From assembly GCA_027319905.1 (NCBI GenBank), contig DAHVMJ010000003.1, positions 3,669-67,668 of the forward strand: DNA of 64,000 bases, in the 5' to 3' direction. The notes beneath the pieces were generated by a model that saw only the letters and a list, made by a program, of their open reading frames with translations, was not told the DNA's origin and ran no database searches. Positions 17,942 through 24,744 of the stretch are shown here, one piece after another; positions within the stretch are counted from its first letter, which is position 1; each line of letters starts with the position of its first letter. A program made the position numbers and the translations under genes. The DNA is from Candidatus Micrarchaeota archaeon (GTDB lineage: Archaea; Micrarchaeota; Micrarchaeia; Micrarchaeales; CABMGC01).

Positions 17942-18825
17942 CTCCAGTACCTGTCTCCGTCTACCAGGTCCGCCGTCTCTCCGACGACCTTGTATACCTT
18001 CTTGTAGCCTATCATCTTCAGGTTTCGCACCACCTGGGTGAACGCCTCGCCCTTCCTGTGGCTGTCGTCAATGACCAGCGCAATCTTGTCCTTGTTCTCC
18101 ACCAGCGTCTTCAGCTCCTTGGGGTGCACGAAGAACTCACGCTCCATCGGGCTGCCATCCTCAAACTGCGTCTGCCCCTGGTTGGAAAATCCAATGAGCG
18201 CGTAGCCTACTGGATCCTTCCCAAGCTCCTTCATCTTTTCCAGCACCAACGGTGTTACCGGAAGACCTCCCGTCATGTTCACTATCGCCATAGTCTGTCC
18301 TTTTTCAAACGACCTGAATGGACCATCGAAGTTGCATGTGAACTCGTTGATTGTGTCGTCGCTTGGTGCAGCGAACGACCATCCGTACCTTGTCGCATGC
18401 TGTAGGAACTTCTCGCCTCCCATTGTCACTCCTCTCTCTATCTGCCTTTTCAGTATATTGAGGCACTCCACGCACTCCTCCAGGCTGTTGTTCATGTACA
18501 CTCCGGCCCACAGCCTTCTCACCTTGTATTCTGTGAACACCCTGTTTTCCGCATCGGCATTCCTCGCAAACTTCATGAAGCTCTTCAGGTACGGCTGCTC
18601 CTGGTATTCGCTTCGTATCGGATAGTAGTAGATGGCTGGCGTCCTGAATCCAAACTTCTGGTTAAGCGCCGGGTCGCCAAGGGGCAGGTCTTTCAGTTCC
18701 AGCGTATCCTCTGCCTTTTCCTGGTCCTCCTGCCTGTTCCTCCTGAGCTCTACCATGCGTGCCAGAGCCTTGGCGTCATTTCCTATGGTGTTTAGTACTC
18801 CCATATCCCTCTCCTCATTCTGCAA
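17938..18825 (-). CDS. Helical-domain + PRTase-like protein, operon gene 5 of 6 (degenerate PRPP loop)
   Basis: 295 aa. Closest paralog of gene 6: FGFRTPAIY, RRLWAGVYMNNSLEECVECLNILKRQ, MAIVNMTGGLPVTP, IALVIDDSHRKGEAFTQV. Confidence 0.75.
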   Translation of the reverse strand: MQNEERDMGVLNTIGNDAKALARMVELRRNRQEDQEKAEDTLELKDLPLGDPALNQKFGFRTPAIYYYPIRSEYQEQPYLKSFMKFARNADAENRVFTEYKVRRLWAGVYMNNSLEECVECLNILKRQIERGVTMGGEKFLQHATRYGWSFAAPSDDTINEFTCNFDGPFRSFEKGQTMAIVNMTGGLPVTPLVLEKMKELGKDPVGYALIGFSNQGQTQFEDGSPMEREFFVHPKELKTLVENKDKIALVIDDSHRKGEAFTQVVRNLKMIGYKKVYKVVGETADLVDGDRYWR

Positions 18826-19738
18826 TCACGTTCTTCTTGCGCGCTACCGCGCCCAGTTCCACCAGGCCCGGCGCATACGCGTTGGGCGATGCCGCCTCCT
18901 CTGCAGTGGTCTCCACTTCTTTCCTAGTCACTTTTACAAGCGGTATGATCGATGTCGCGTCAAGTTTCTGCTGCGCAATCTCGGCCGGTTTCTCAGCACC
19001 TCCTGCTACCGTGGCGCTCGTCTCCTCGTGCTTGGTCTCCGTCACTGTCACCGCCACAGCCGTCTTTCTTTTTCCGTCGAATTCGTCCCTCAGCTCCTTG
19101 ACCAGCTCCCTTGGGCTCTTGGAATAGATTATTGTGGATCCCTTGAGTATCTTCTTCAGGCGGTGGGCCTCGAGCTTTCTTACCTGGTCGGCGAGGCCTC
19201 CGGTTCTTTCAAGCACTCCTATCTTCTTGCCCTCCTTCACCGCAACCGCGAACTCGACCAGTGTGCCTTCCGCGCCTCCTATCACTATCGCCGCATCTGC
19301 TCCGGCAACCAGGGGCACGCTCCTGCCCGTGTCTCCCAAGCCCGTATACGTTATGTGGTCGTAAATCTCGTCCTTTTCAAGACCCCTGCCCAGTTTGGCT
19401 TTTTTGTTCTTCGGTACCATTACCATGACTTCGTCTTCCTCATCCTCACGAATTCCGTCCATGCCCCAGGCTTCGTAGCCGCCATAATACGCGTACGTCA
19501 CGTAGCTGTGAGCTTCCGAGTCGCCAGAAACCCCGTAAACCCTGCCTCCGTGCCTCCTCGCCCCTATCGCGACCTCTTCCGGAAGCCCGCTTCCTGCTCC
19601 GGTGACCACGTCGAACTTCTGTTCGGCGAGGGCTCTCCCGAGCTGGTGGGCCATCGCCTTTGCTCGCTTCGGGTAGTCGTATGTCTTGCCCCCTCCGATT
19701 ACCGCGATAGTCTTTCTCTTGTGCATCTTCTCAACCAT
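18815..19738 (-). CDS. LOG/SLOG-family Rossmann protein (lysine-decarboxylase-like nucleotide N-glycosidase family), operon gene 4 of 6
   Basis: 307 aa. Motifs: TIAVIGGGKT, FDVVTGAGSGLPEEVAIGARRHGGRVYGV and ADAAIVIGGAEGTLVEF (GGxxGTxxE). Has an internal acidic insert and a C-terminal low-complexity extension of about 110 aa. Confidence 0.75.
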   Translation of the reverse strand: MVEKMHKRKTIAVIGGGKTYDYPKRAKAMAHQLGRALAEQKFDVVTGAGSGLPEEVAIGARRHGGRVYGVSGDSEAHSYVTYAYYGGYEAWGMDGIREDEEDEVMVMVPKNKKAKLGRGLEKDEIYDHITYTGLGDTGRSVPLVAGADAAIVIGGAEGTLVEFAVAVKEGKKIGVLERTGGLADQVRKLEAHRLKKILKGSTIIYSKSPRELVKELRDEFDGKRKTAVAVTVTETKHEETSATVAGGAEKPAEIAQQKLDATSIIPLVKVTRKEVETTAEEAASPNAYAPGLVELGAVARKKNVIAE

Positions 19739-21281
19739 TCGTTGTCACTTTTGATTTTTCCTCAGTCCTTTTCCTTGCAGCTGTCTTGAGCGAAAGCCAT
19801 CCGACCAGCTCCTTCGGTTCGTTGGAGTAGAACACCTCGGTCTTCGCGTCCCTGGCCGCGGAGACAAACGCCTTTGTTCTTTTAATATCAACCCCGCTGC
19901 CCAGAAGGACTCCTATCGCCTTCTTCTGAGCCAGCGCGACGACAAGCTCCCTCTGTGTCATGAATTCGTTCCATCCTACCAGAGCGACTACGTCCACGCT
20001 GCTAACCAAATCGGAAGGCCATTGGAACACCCAGCCGTCCTTTTCCCGGTCAAAGCTGCTGTAGGCTATTTTTTTGTAAGCGGTTATCAGTTCCTGCGGT
20101 ATTTGACCTACGCCGAACACAGGGCCATCAGCCAGCACAGCATACACTCCAGCCCCGTTCTTTTTCGCTGTCTCTCCAACGTAGTCTGTAAGGTCCGGTT
20201 CCGGCTTGGTTCTTGAATAAACATCGAAACCGCTCTCTGCAAGCGTCTTCCCAAGTACTGTTGCTGCCATTCTTGCGGCGTGGCCTTGCTTTTTCCCAAA
20301 CAGGTGTGACTTGCCCATGAGCGAGGGGTCACCTCCTCCGATAATGCCAACCTTTTTCTTGTCGTCGCCCTTGTTTTTCGGTGCTGTATCAAGAAACGCA
20401 GGCGCCGGATGGTATGCTGTTTCGTACATGCCTGGAGACCACATCCCGTAACCCTCGTCGTTCATGTCTCTATACGCGTAGAACGCGGTGTGGCCGTTAA
20501 GACTCTTGCCGTCCTTGTCCAGGAGGTTGCCGTCATGCGTCGCTATCTTGAATATCTTAGTGTAGCCTATCTTTTCCAGGCCCGCTCTGATCATGTCGTA
20601 TGTCTTTCCAGTTATCTCGCTGTCGTCCACAACCAAGGCCGTCTTCTCCTTGAACTGTTGCAGCACCCCGAGCTCTGCCGGGTGGATGAAGAGTTCGTCG
20701 CGCATCGACGTCCCGTCCTCGAATCGGGTCTCTCCATTCTTTGACGCGCCGATCAGTACATAGCCGAGAGGCATGCCGCCAAGTTCCTTAAGCAGATCCA
20801 TCACCAGCGGTGTCGTTGGAATAGAACCCACGAGATTTGAGAGCACTATCACTTCCTCGTTTGCGAATCTAAGCAGCGGGCTTTTCGTCTTGCTTTCCAT
20901 GCTCTCTATATCGGATTTTAAGGGACCCATGAAAGCCCACGAACTCTTGTTCGTGACCTCGAAATACTTTCGGCCTCCCATCTGCAGGCCTTTGTCTAAC
21001 TGTTCCCTCAGTATACGCAGCGATTCCGCGCACTCCTCAAAGGTGTTGTGCGCAAACGTGCCGGCCCACAGTCTGCGTATGTCGTGCTCCAGCAATACTT
21101 CTCCCTTTGCGCTCTTTGCCGCCATCTCCTCGGTAAATTTGGATAGGTCATCTTTCCTGGTTATGTATTCTTTCGGTTCGACAAGTCCGAACGCGTTCCT
21201 GAACGGAAAGACCGCAGTCTCCTTCGGGTGCCACGCCCAATTGCCATTCTTGTATCCATCTATCTTTCTCAACTGAAGCAC
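19731..21281 (-). CDS. Fusion protein: helical domain + PRTase-like core + degenerate LOG/SLOG-like domain, operon gene 3 of 6
   Basis: 516 aa, GTG start. N-terminal part: RRLWAGTFAHNTFEECAESLRILREQ, IVLSNLVGSIPTTP and TALVVDDSEITGKTYDMI (canonical PRPP loop). C-terminal part: KVGIIGGGD... and VDVVALVGWNEFMTQRE, where the LOG motifs are only partly retained. Confidence 0.75.
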   Translation of the reverse strand: MLQLRKIDGYKNGNWAWHPKETAVFPFRNAFGLVEPKEYITRKDDLSKFTEEMAAKSAKGEVLLEHDIRRLWAGTFAHNTFEECAESLRILREQLDKGLQMGGRKYFEVTNKSSWAFMGPLKSDIESMESKTKSPLLRFANEEVIVLSNLVGSIPTTPLVMDLLKELGGMPLGYVLIGASKNGETRFEDGTSMRDELFIHPAELGVLQQFKEKTALVVDDSEITGKTYDMIRAGLEKIGYTKIFKIATHDGNLLDKDGKSLNGHTAFYAYRDMNDEGYGMWSPGMYETAYHPAPAFLDTAPKNKGDDKKKVGIIGGGDPSLMGKSHLFGKKQGHAARMAATVLGKTLAESGFDVYSRTKPEPDLTDYVGETAKKNGAGVYAVLADGPVFGVGQIPQELITAYKKIAYSSFDREKDGWVFQWPSDLVSSVDVVALVGWNEFMTQRELVVALAQKKAIGVLLGSGVDIKRTKAFVSAARDAKTEVFYSNEPKELVGWLSLKTAARKRTEEKSKVTTNG

Positions 21282-22153
21282 CTCTTCCCGTTACTGTCAA
21301 GGAAAACGCTGTCAACTGTAGCGACCTTGTATATCTTCTCAAATCCGATCTTCTTCAGTCCCTTTCTCATCCCAGCATAGGTCGTGCCGCCGCATTCAGT
21401 ATCATCTACCACAAGGGCGGTCTTCTTCTTGTTCCTGGCGAGCGTCTCAAGTTCCCTGGGTGGAACGAAGAACTCGCCTATCATGAGATCTCCATCCGCG
21501 AACCTCGTCTCCCCATGTTTTGAGTACCCTGCCAATACGTATGCGAATGGCTCTCTCCCAAGCTTCTGCATCAGCCCGATCAGAGGCGGCACACACTCGA
21601 ATCCGCCCACCATGTTCGCAACCACTACCGTTTCCTTTCTTTCGAAGTTTAACAGCGGGCTGCTCTGCTCGTCCTCTAGGTCTAACGCGAAGCCTTGAGG
21701 CATGCATTTCCAGCAGTCGTTTGTAAGACGCACCAGAGCGTCTCCTCCCTCGTACCTCTTCAGGCGCATGTCAACCACCTGCCTCAGTACGCTTAGAGAC
21801 TCGGCGCAGGCCACAAGGCTGTTGTTCCTGAACGACCCCGCCCAGAGACCGCGGATTCTGTCTTCATCGGCAGCAAGCCCGTCATTGATCGAAGCCTTAG
21901 CATACGATACCATGTCCGCGAGAGCCTCTCTTTTAAAACTGTAGGCGATTGGCTTCGGGAAGCCCAGTTCTGCAGTCAGCCTGAAGCCGAGGCCCTTCTT
22001 CTCCATGGCCTCTGAGCTCCCGCGAGCGTTTGGCAGTCTGGCCGTGTCCGCATCCGCGCCCCTCGTCGCTCGAGAAACCCCGCGCAATCTAGTTGTAGTA
22101 TCCAAATACACACCTCCCGTTTCCGTCAAGTACCGTGCTGTCCCCTGTAGCAA
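21269..22153 (-). CDS. Helical-domain + PRTase-like protein, operon gene 2 of 6
   Basis: 294 aa as called. Motifs: IRGLWAGSFRNNSLVACAESLSVLRQ, VVVANMVGGFECVP and TALVVDDTECGGTTYAGM. The first 49 codons read through a duplicated gene-1 3' segment in another frame, so the ATG at 22004-22006 (MEKKGLGFRL...) is the more likely start. Confidence 0.7.
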   Translation of the reverse strand: MLQGTARYLTETGGVYLDTTTRLRGVSRATRGADADTARLPNARGSSEAMEKKGLGFRLTAELGFPKPIAYSFKREALADMVSYAKASINDGLAADEDRIRGLWAGSFRNNSLVACAESLSVLRQVVDMRLKRYEGGDALVRLTNDCWKCMPQGFALDLEDEQSSPLLNFERKETVVVANMVGGFECVPPLIGLMQKLGREPFAYVLAGYSKHGETRFADGDLMIGEFFVPPRELETLARNKKKTALVVDDTECGGTTYAGMRKGLKKIGFEKIYKVATVDSVFLDSNGKRCFS

Positions 22154-23106
22154 AATATACAGCTCCCGTTTCCGTCAAGTACCATGCTGTCCCTCGTCGC
22201 AATCTTGTAAATGTTCTTGAACCCGATCTTGCGCAGTCCCTCTCTCATTCCACTGTAAGACCTGCCGCTGCATTCCGTGTCATCTACCACAATCACGGTT
22301 TTGTCCCTGTTCCTAACAAGCATCTCCAGCTCCCTCGCAGGCACGAAGAACTCATTAACCATTCTTTCTCCATCAGCAAATTCAGTTTCCCCATTGACCG
22401 AATAGCCAGCCAATGCGTACCCTGCCGGTTCCCTGTCAAGTTTCGTAAGCAGCTCGATCAGCTGGGCTGTGGTGTACAGACCTCCGGTCATGTTTGGCAC
22501 CACAATTGTCTCGTGCTTCTGGAAGCGCATCAGCGGGTTCTTGTTATTCGAGGTGCTCTCCAGGGCGGCCTCAACGAACCATCTCTGCATGCCTGCGCGC
22601 AAGCAGCTCGACTTGAGTGCTGCCACAGAGCAGTCGCTGAGTTCTCCAAGCCTGATCTCAAGATCGTTTTTCAGCAGTTGGAGGGCTTCTGTGCACTTTG
22701 GCTGCTGCCGGTCTGGATAGTCTTCTGGATCTACATCCTGATGCTGGGCGCGGTTAAGGAGCTCTCGAGCAGGGTGCTTGACAAGCTGGGGTTCGAGGGC
22801 CACGATAACATAAAGGGCCTGCTTGAGTTGGGCGCGGTGCTGCTCGCGTACGCGGTGCTCTCGATAGTGATACTGCTCTTCTTCCTGTTTATAGGCCCGA
22901 GCATCGGGATCTGAGACCTGGTTACCTTCAGATCGCCAAGCTTCAGCCGTATCTTTCTTCTGATTCAGACCGCACGCGAGGCGAGCGAAGCGAGCACTGT
23001 GTAGCCGTAGCTGGCTAGTGTCTGCAGCCTCTAGCCAGCCAAACCCAAAAACAATAAACATCAGCAACAGCAGCATCAACATCATCTGCATTTGCAGCTT
23101 GAGCAT
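22126..23106 (-). CDS. Divergent PRTase-like protein, operon gene 1 of 6 (start uncertain)
   Basis: 326 aa as called. The C-terminal 150 aa is clearly paralogous: TIVVPNMTGGLYTT, GYALAGYSVNGETEFADG, TVIVVDDTECSGRSYSGM. The RRLWAG motif is absent, leaving only PKCTEALQLLKNDLEIRL. The N-terminus is hydrophobic and low-complexity (MMLMLLLLMFIVFGFGW). The C-terminus is frameshifted by a 49-bp tandem duplication. Confidence 0.6.
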   Translation of the reverse strand: MLKLQMQMMLMLLLLMFIVFGFGWLEAADTSQLRLHSARFARLACGLNQKKDTAEAWRSEGNQVSDPDARAYKQEEEQYHYREHRVREQHRAQLKQALYVIVALEPQLVKHPARELLNRAQHQDVDPEDYPDRQQPKCTEALQLLKNDLEIRLGELSDCSVAALKSSCLRAGMQRWFVEAALESTSNNKNPLMRFQKHETIVVPNMTGGLYTTAQLIELLTKLDREPAGYALAGYSVNGETEFADGERMVNEFFVPARELEMLVRNRDKTVIVVDDTECSGRSYSGMREGLRKIGFKNIYKIATRDSMVLDGNGSCIFCYRGQHGT

Positions 23107-23291
23107 CAGCTTGAGCGACTACGAAGCCTCGTAGCCGAGCAGCAGCGACCTAAGCTAAATACTAGCCGGCGAATGTAACGCTCGGGCACGGGTCGGCCGC
23201 TCGTCGGCTCACGGCCTTCAGAATGCGCTCGCTATCTCAAACCAATCTTTAAATACGCGGAAAGCCATAACGTATTATCAAGGGTGGGAAG

Positions 23292-23329
23292 AAAAAGGAG
23301 GCGCTCATCGGAAGCGCCGCCTCCTTTTG
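23292..23329 (-). terminator. Hairpin plus T-run, candidate terminator after the alpha/beta hydrolase gene
   Basis: aaaaggagg (23293-23301) pairs with cctcctttt (23320-23328), with extra inner GC pairs. It starts 5 nt past the stop at 23334. On the minus strand the 3' arm ends in TTTTT. Confidence 0.4.
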
Positions 23330-23333
23330 AAAT

Positions 23334-23975
23334 TTAAGCCGCACCTTCCAGTTCCTTTAAAACAATTGAAATGACCTTCTCCTCGTTTGCATCTCTATTG
23401 CCTATGCCGGAAACCGGCTTGAAAGAGTGGTCCGCATTATCTATTGTGTATAGCTTGCATTTCGGCAGACGCTCCTTCAGAATGCTTACGTCGCAGTAAG
23501 GATCCTCGCTGCCCTTTATTATCACAAACGAGGGCTTCATATCTTTGACGCCGTTCAGGTCGAAGACGCTCGAAGGCTTTCCTTCTTCGTGCAGCGAATA
23601 ACCAAGCGCTACAACTTTTGGTATGCTGTATCTGCCTCTGGCTGCCTCTAGGGAGGATATGTAGCCCCCGAAGGACTTGCCTACCAGAGCCGTCTTCTTG
23701 CTTCCGAGGAAGCCGATGGCGGCCTCCATCTCCCCCACGCTTCGCTCGGCATCCATGTCTTCTGGTTTACCGGCAAAAGAAAAGTTGAACCTCAGGACAT
23801 CGTAATCATTGCTAAGCCTGGCGAAGAGTTTCTCCACTATGCTCGTGTGCATATCGTTGTACATGCCGTGGGAAAGAACTACCCCAAGTCCGTGTCCTCT
23901 TTTGGAGTATTCCACCTCCACTTTGCGACCGTCCACTTCAATAGTTTCATGACCATTTTCAGCCAATTCGCTCAC
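23334..23975 (-). CDS. Alpha/beta-fold hydrolase
   Basis: 213 aa. Nucleophile elbow LVGKSFGG (GxSxG), preceded by VVLSHGMYNDM, with a C-terminal DNADHSF (catalytic His region). Confidence 0.75.
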   Translation of the reverse strand: MSELAENGHETIEVDGRKVEVEYSKRGHGLGVVLSHGMYNDMHTSIVEKLFARLSNDYDVLRFNFSFAGKPEDMDAERSVGEMEAAIGFLGSKKTALVGKSFGGYISSLEAARGRYSIPKVVALGYSLHEEGKPSSVFDLNGVKDMKPSFVIIKGSEDPYCDVSILKERLPKCKLYTIDNADHSFKPVSGIGNRDANEEKVISIVLKELEGAA

Positions 23976-24245
23976 CAGTCATCATATATCGAACCTTATA
24001 TTAAGAAATGCTGCGCAGCCACTCCTCCTTTGTCAGTTTCGTGGGGCTCAAGAACGGATACTTCCTGACTGCGAAGTTGGTAAGCACAGCTATCTCTTCA
24101 CCAGCCTTCTTGATTGCGCTTGCCGCATCAGGAACCAGCCCTTCGATTTCGACCTGGAACAAACGCTCGCACGCCAACCCGCACTCGTTGTTTGGCTCTG
24201 AAAGGGAGTTGAACTCAAAAGTTTCTCCCTAAAAGAGATAAAAAG

Positions 24246-24620
24246 TTATGAGTCCAGCCCCAGGAGTGCATGCCCTAAAAGACTTCGCACCACCAGCGAT
24301 ATCGGGCGATATACGTTCGTCTTGATCGTTATAAAAGTTATAAAGTTTACAGCCCAATATACAGGTAGGTACCTTGGTAGTCGGATGACTCGAACCTCAG
24401 AACAGCAAGCTCTGGAAGGGATTCGAACCCCCTCTTTTACAATTTCCGTCGATAGTAAAATTCCATAATTTTGTTCAGGGTTAGAAGCCCGTGAGAGACA
24501 GTGGGGTTTCGTTACGGTCCTCGCAGCTTTTGTGCGCCCATTGGAGCTGTTAAGAAGCAAACCATTTGCTGTATTTCTGGTAGATTGGTGGTGTTGGTTG
24601 TCGGATAAGGGACGGCGCAA
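24246..24620 (-). ncRNA. Candidate structured RNA of unknown class (alternatively a 124-aa TTG-start ORF of atypical composition)
   Basis: A TATATAA box lies at 24644-24650 (complement), about 25 nt upstream. T5 and T4 runs follow directly after 24246 on the minus strand. Two tRNA T-arm-like motifs are present: GGGGGTTCGAATCCCTT (complement of 24416-24432) and GAGGTTCGAGTC (complement of 24388-24399). CACCACCA near the 5' end can pair with TGGTGGTG near the 3' end. No family could be assigned by eye. Confidence 0.3.
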
Positions 24621-24744
24621 TGGCCGCTAACCAATCCAAAGCGTTATATAGGGAGAGAACCCAACAACATTGTAAAATAACTGTGGAAAACCTATTTTTC
24701 CTTGTTTTTTTAGTCAGGTGTGAACGTTGACAGATTTTAGTTCA

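Noticed and set aside
18632-19789. 385-aa plus-strand ORF across the LOG-like gene and the neighbouring junctions
   Set aside because: It is antisense to ORFs with clear family motifs (LOG GGAEGTLVE; PRTase paralogs). Its translation is Ser/Arg/Leu-rich low complexity with no motif, typical of a shadow ORF on the opposite strand of GC-biased codons.
22135-22914. 259-aa plus-strand ORF opposite operon gene 1
   Set aside because: The minus-strand frame carries the conserved PRTase-like motifs shared with four paralogs. The plus-strand product has no recognisable features.
24001-24232. 74-aa plus-strand ORF (24008-24232) and a 58-aa TTG-start minus-strand ORF (24001-24177, ...FQVEIEGLVPDAASAIKKAGEEIAVLTNFAVRKYPFLSPTKLTKEEWLRSIS)
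   Set aside because: The plus-strand ORF is featureless. The minus-strand reading looks protein-like but is bounded by an in-frame stop and has only a TTG start, so it may be a gene remnant. Evidence is too thin to call a CDS or pseudogene.
24413-24420. GGAAGGGA on the plus strand, resembling the SRP RNA helix-8 tetraloop region (GGAAGGGAGCA)
   Set aside because: It is simply the complement side of the T-arm-like motif. The flanking bases do not form the helix-8 stem, and the AGCA element is on the wrong side.
24383-24432. Possible tRNA gene(s) suggested by the GGTTCGAATCC and GGTTCGAGTC T-loop motifs
   Set aside because: I could not build an acceptor stem (no GCTCTGG-type 5' partner), a D-arm or an anticodon arm around either motif, and the flanks are too A/T-rich for tRNA stems. 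The motifs are kept only as evidence for an unclassified RNA.
24374-24606. 13-nt imperfect direct repeats 220 nt apart, considered as CRISPR-like repeats or att sites of an integrated element
   Set aside because: There are only two copies, both short. No cas, integrase or other mobile-element gene is nearby, and the enclosed segment is too small to be an element.
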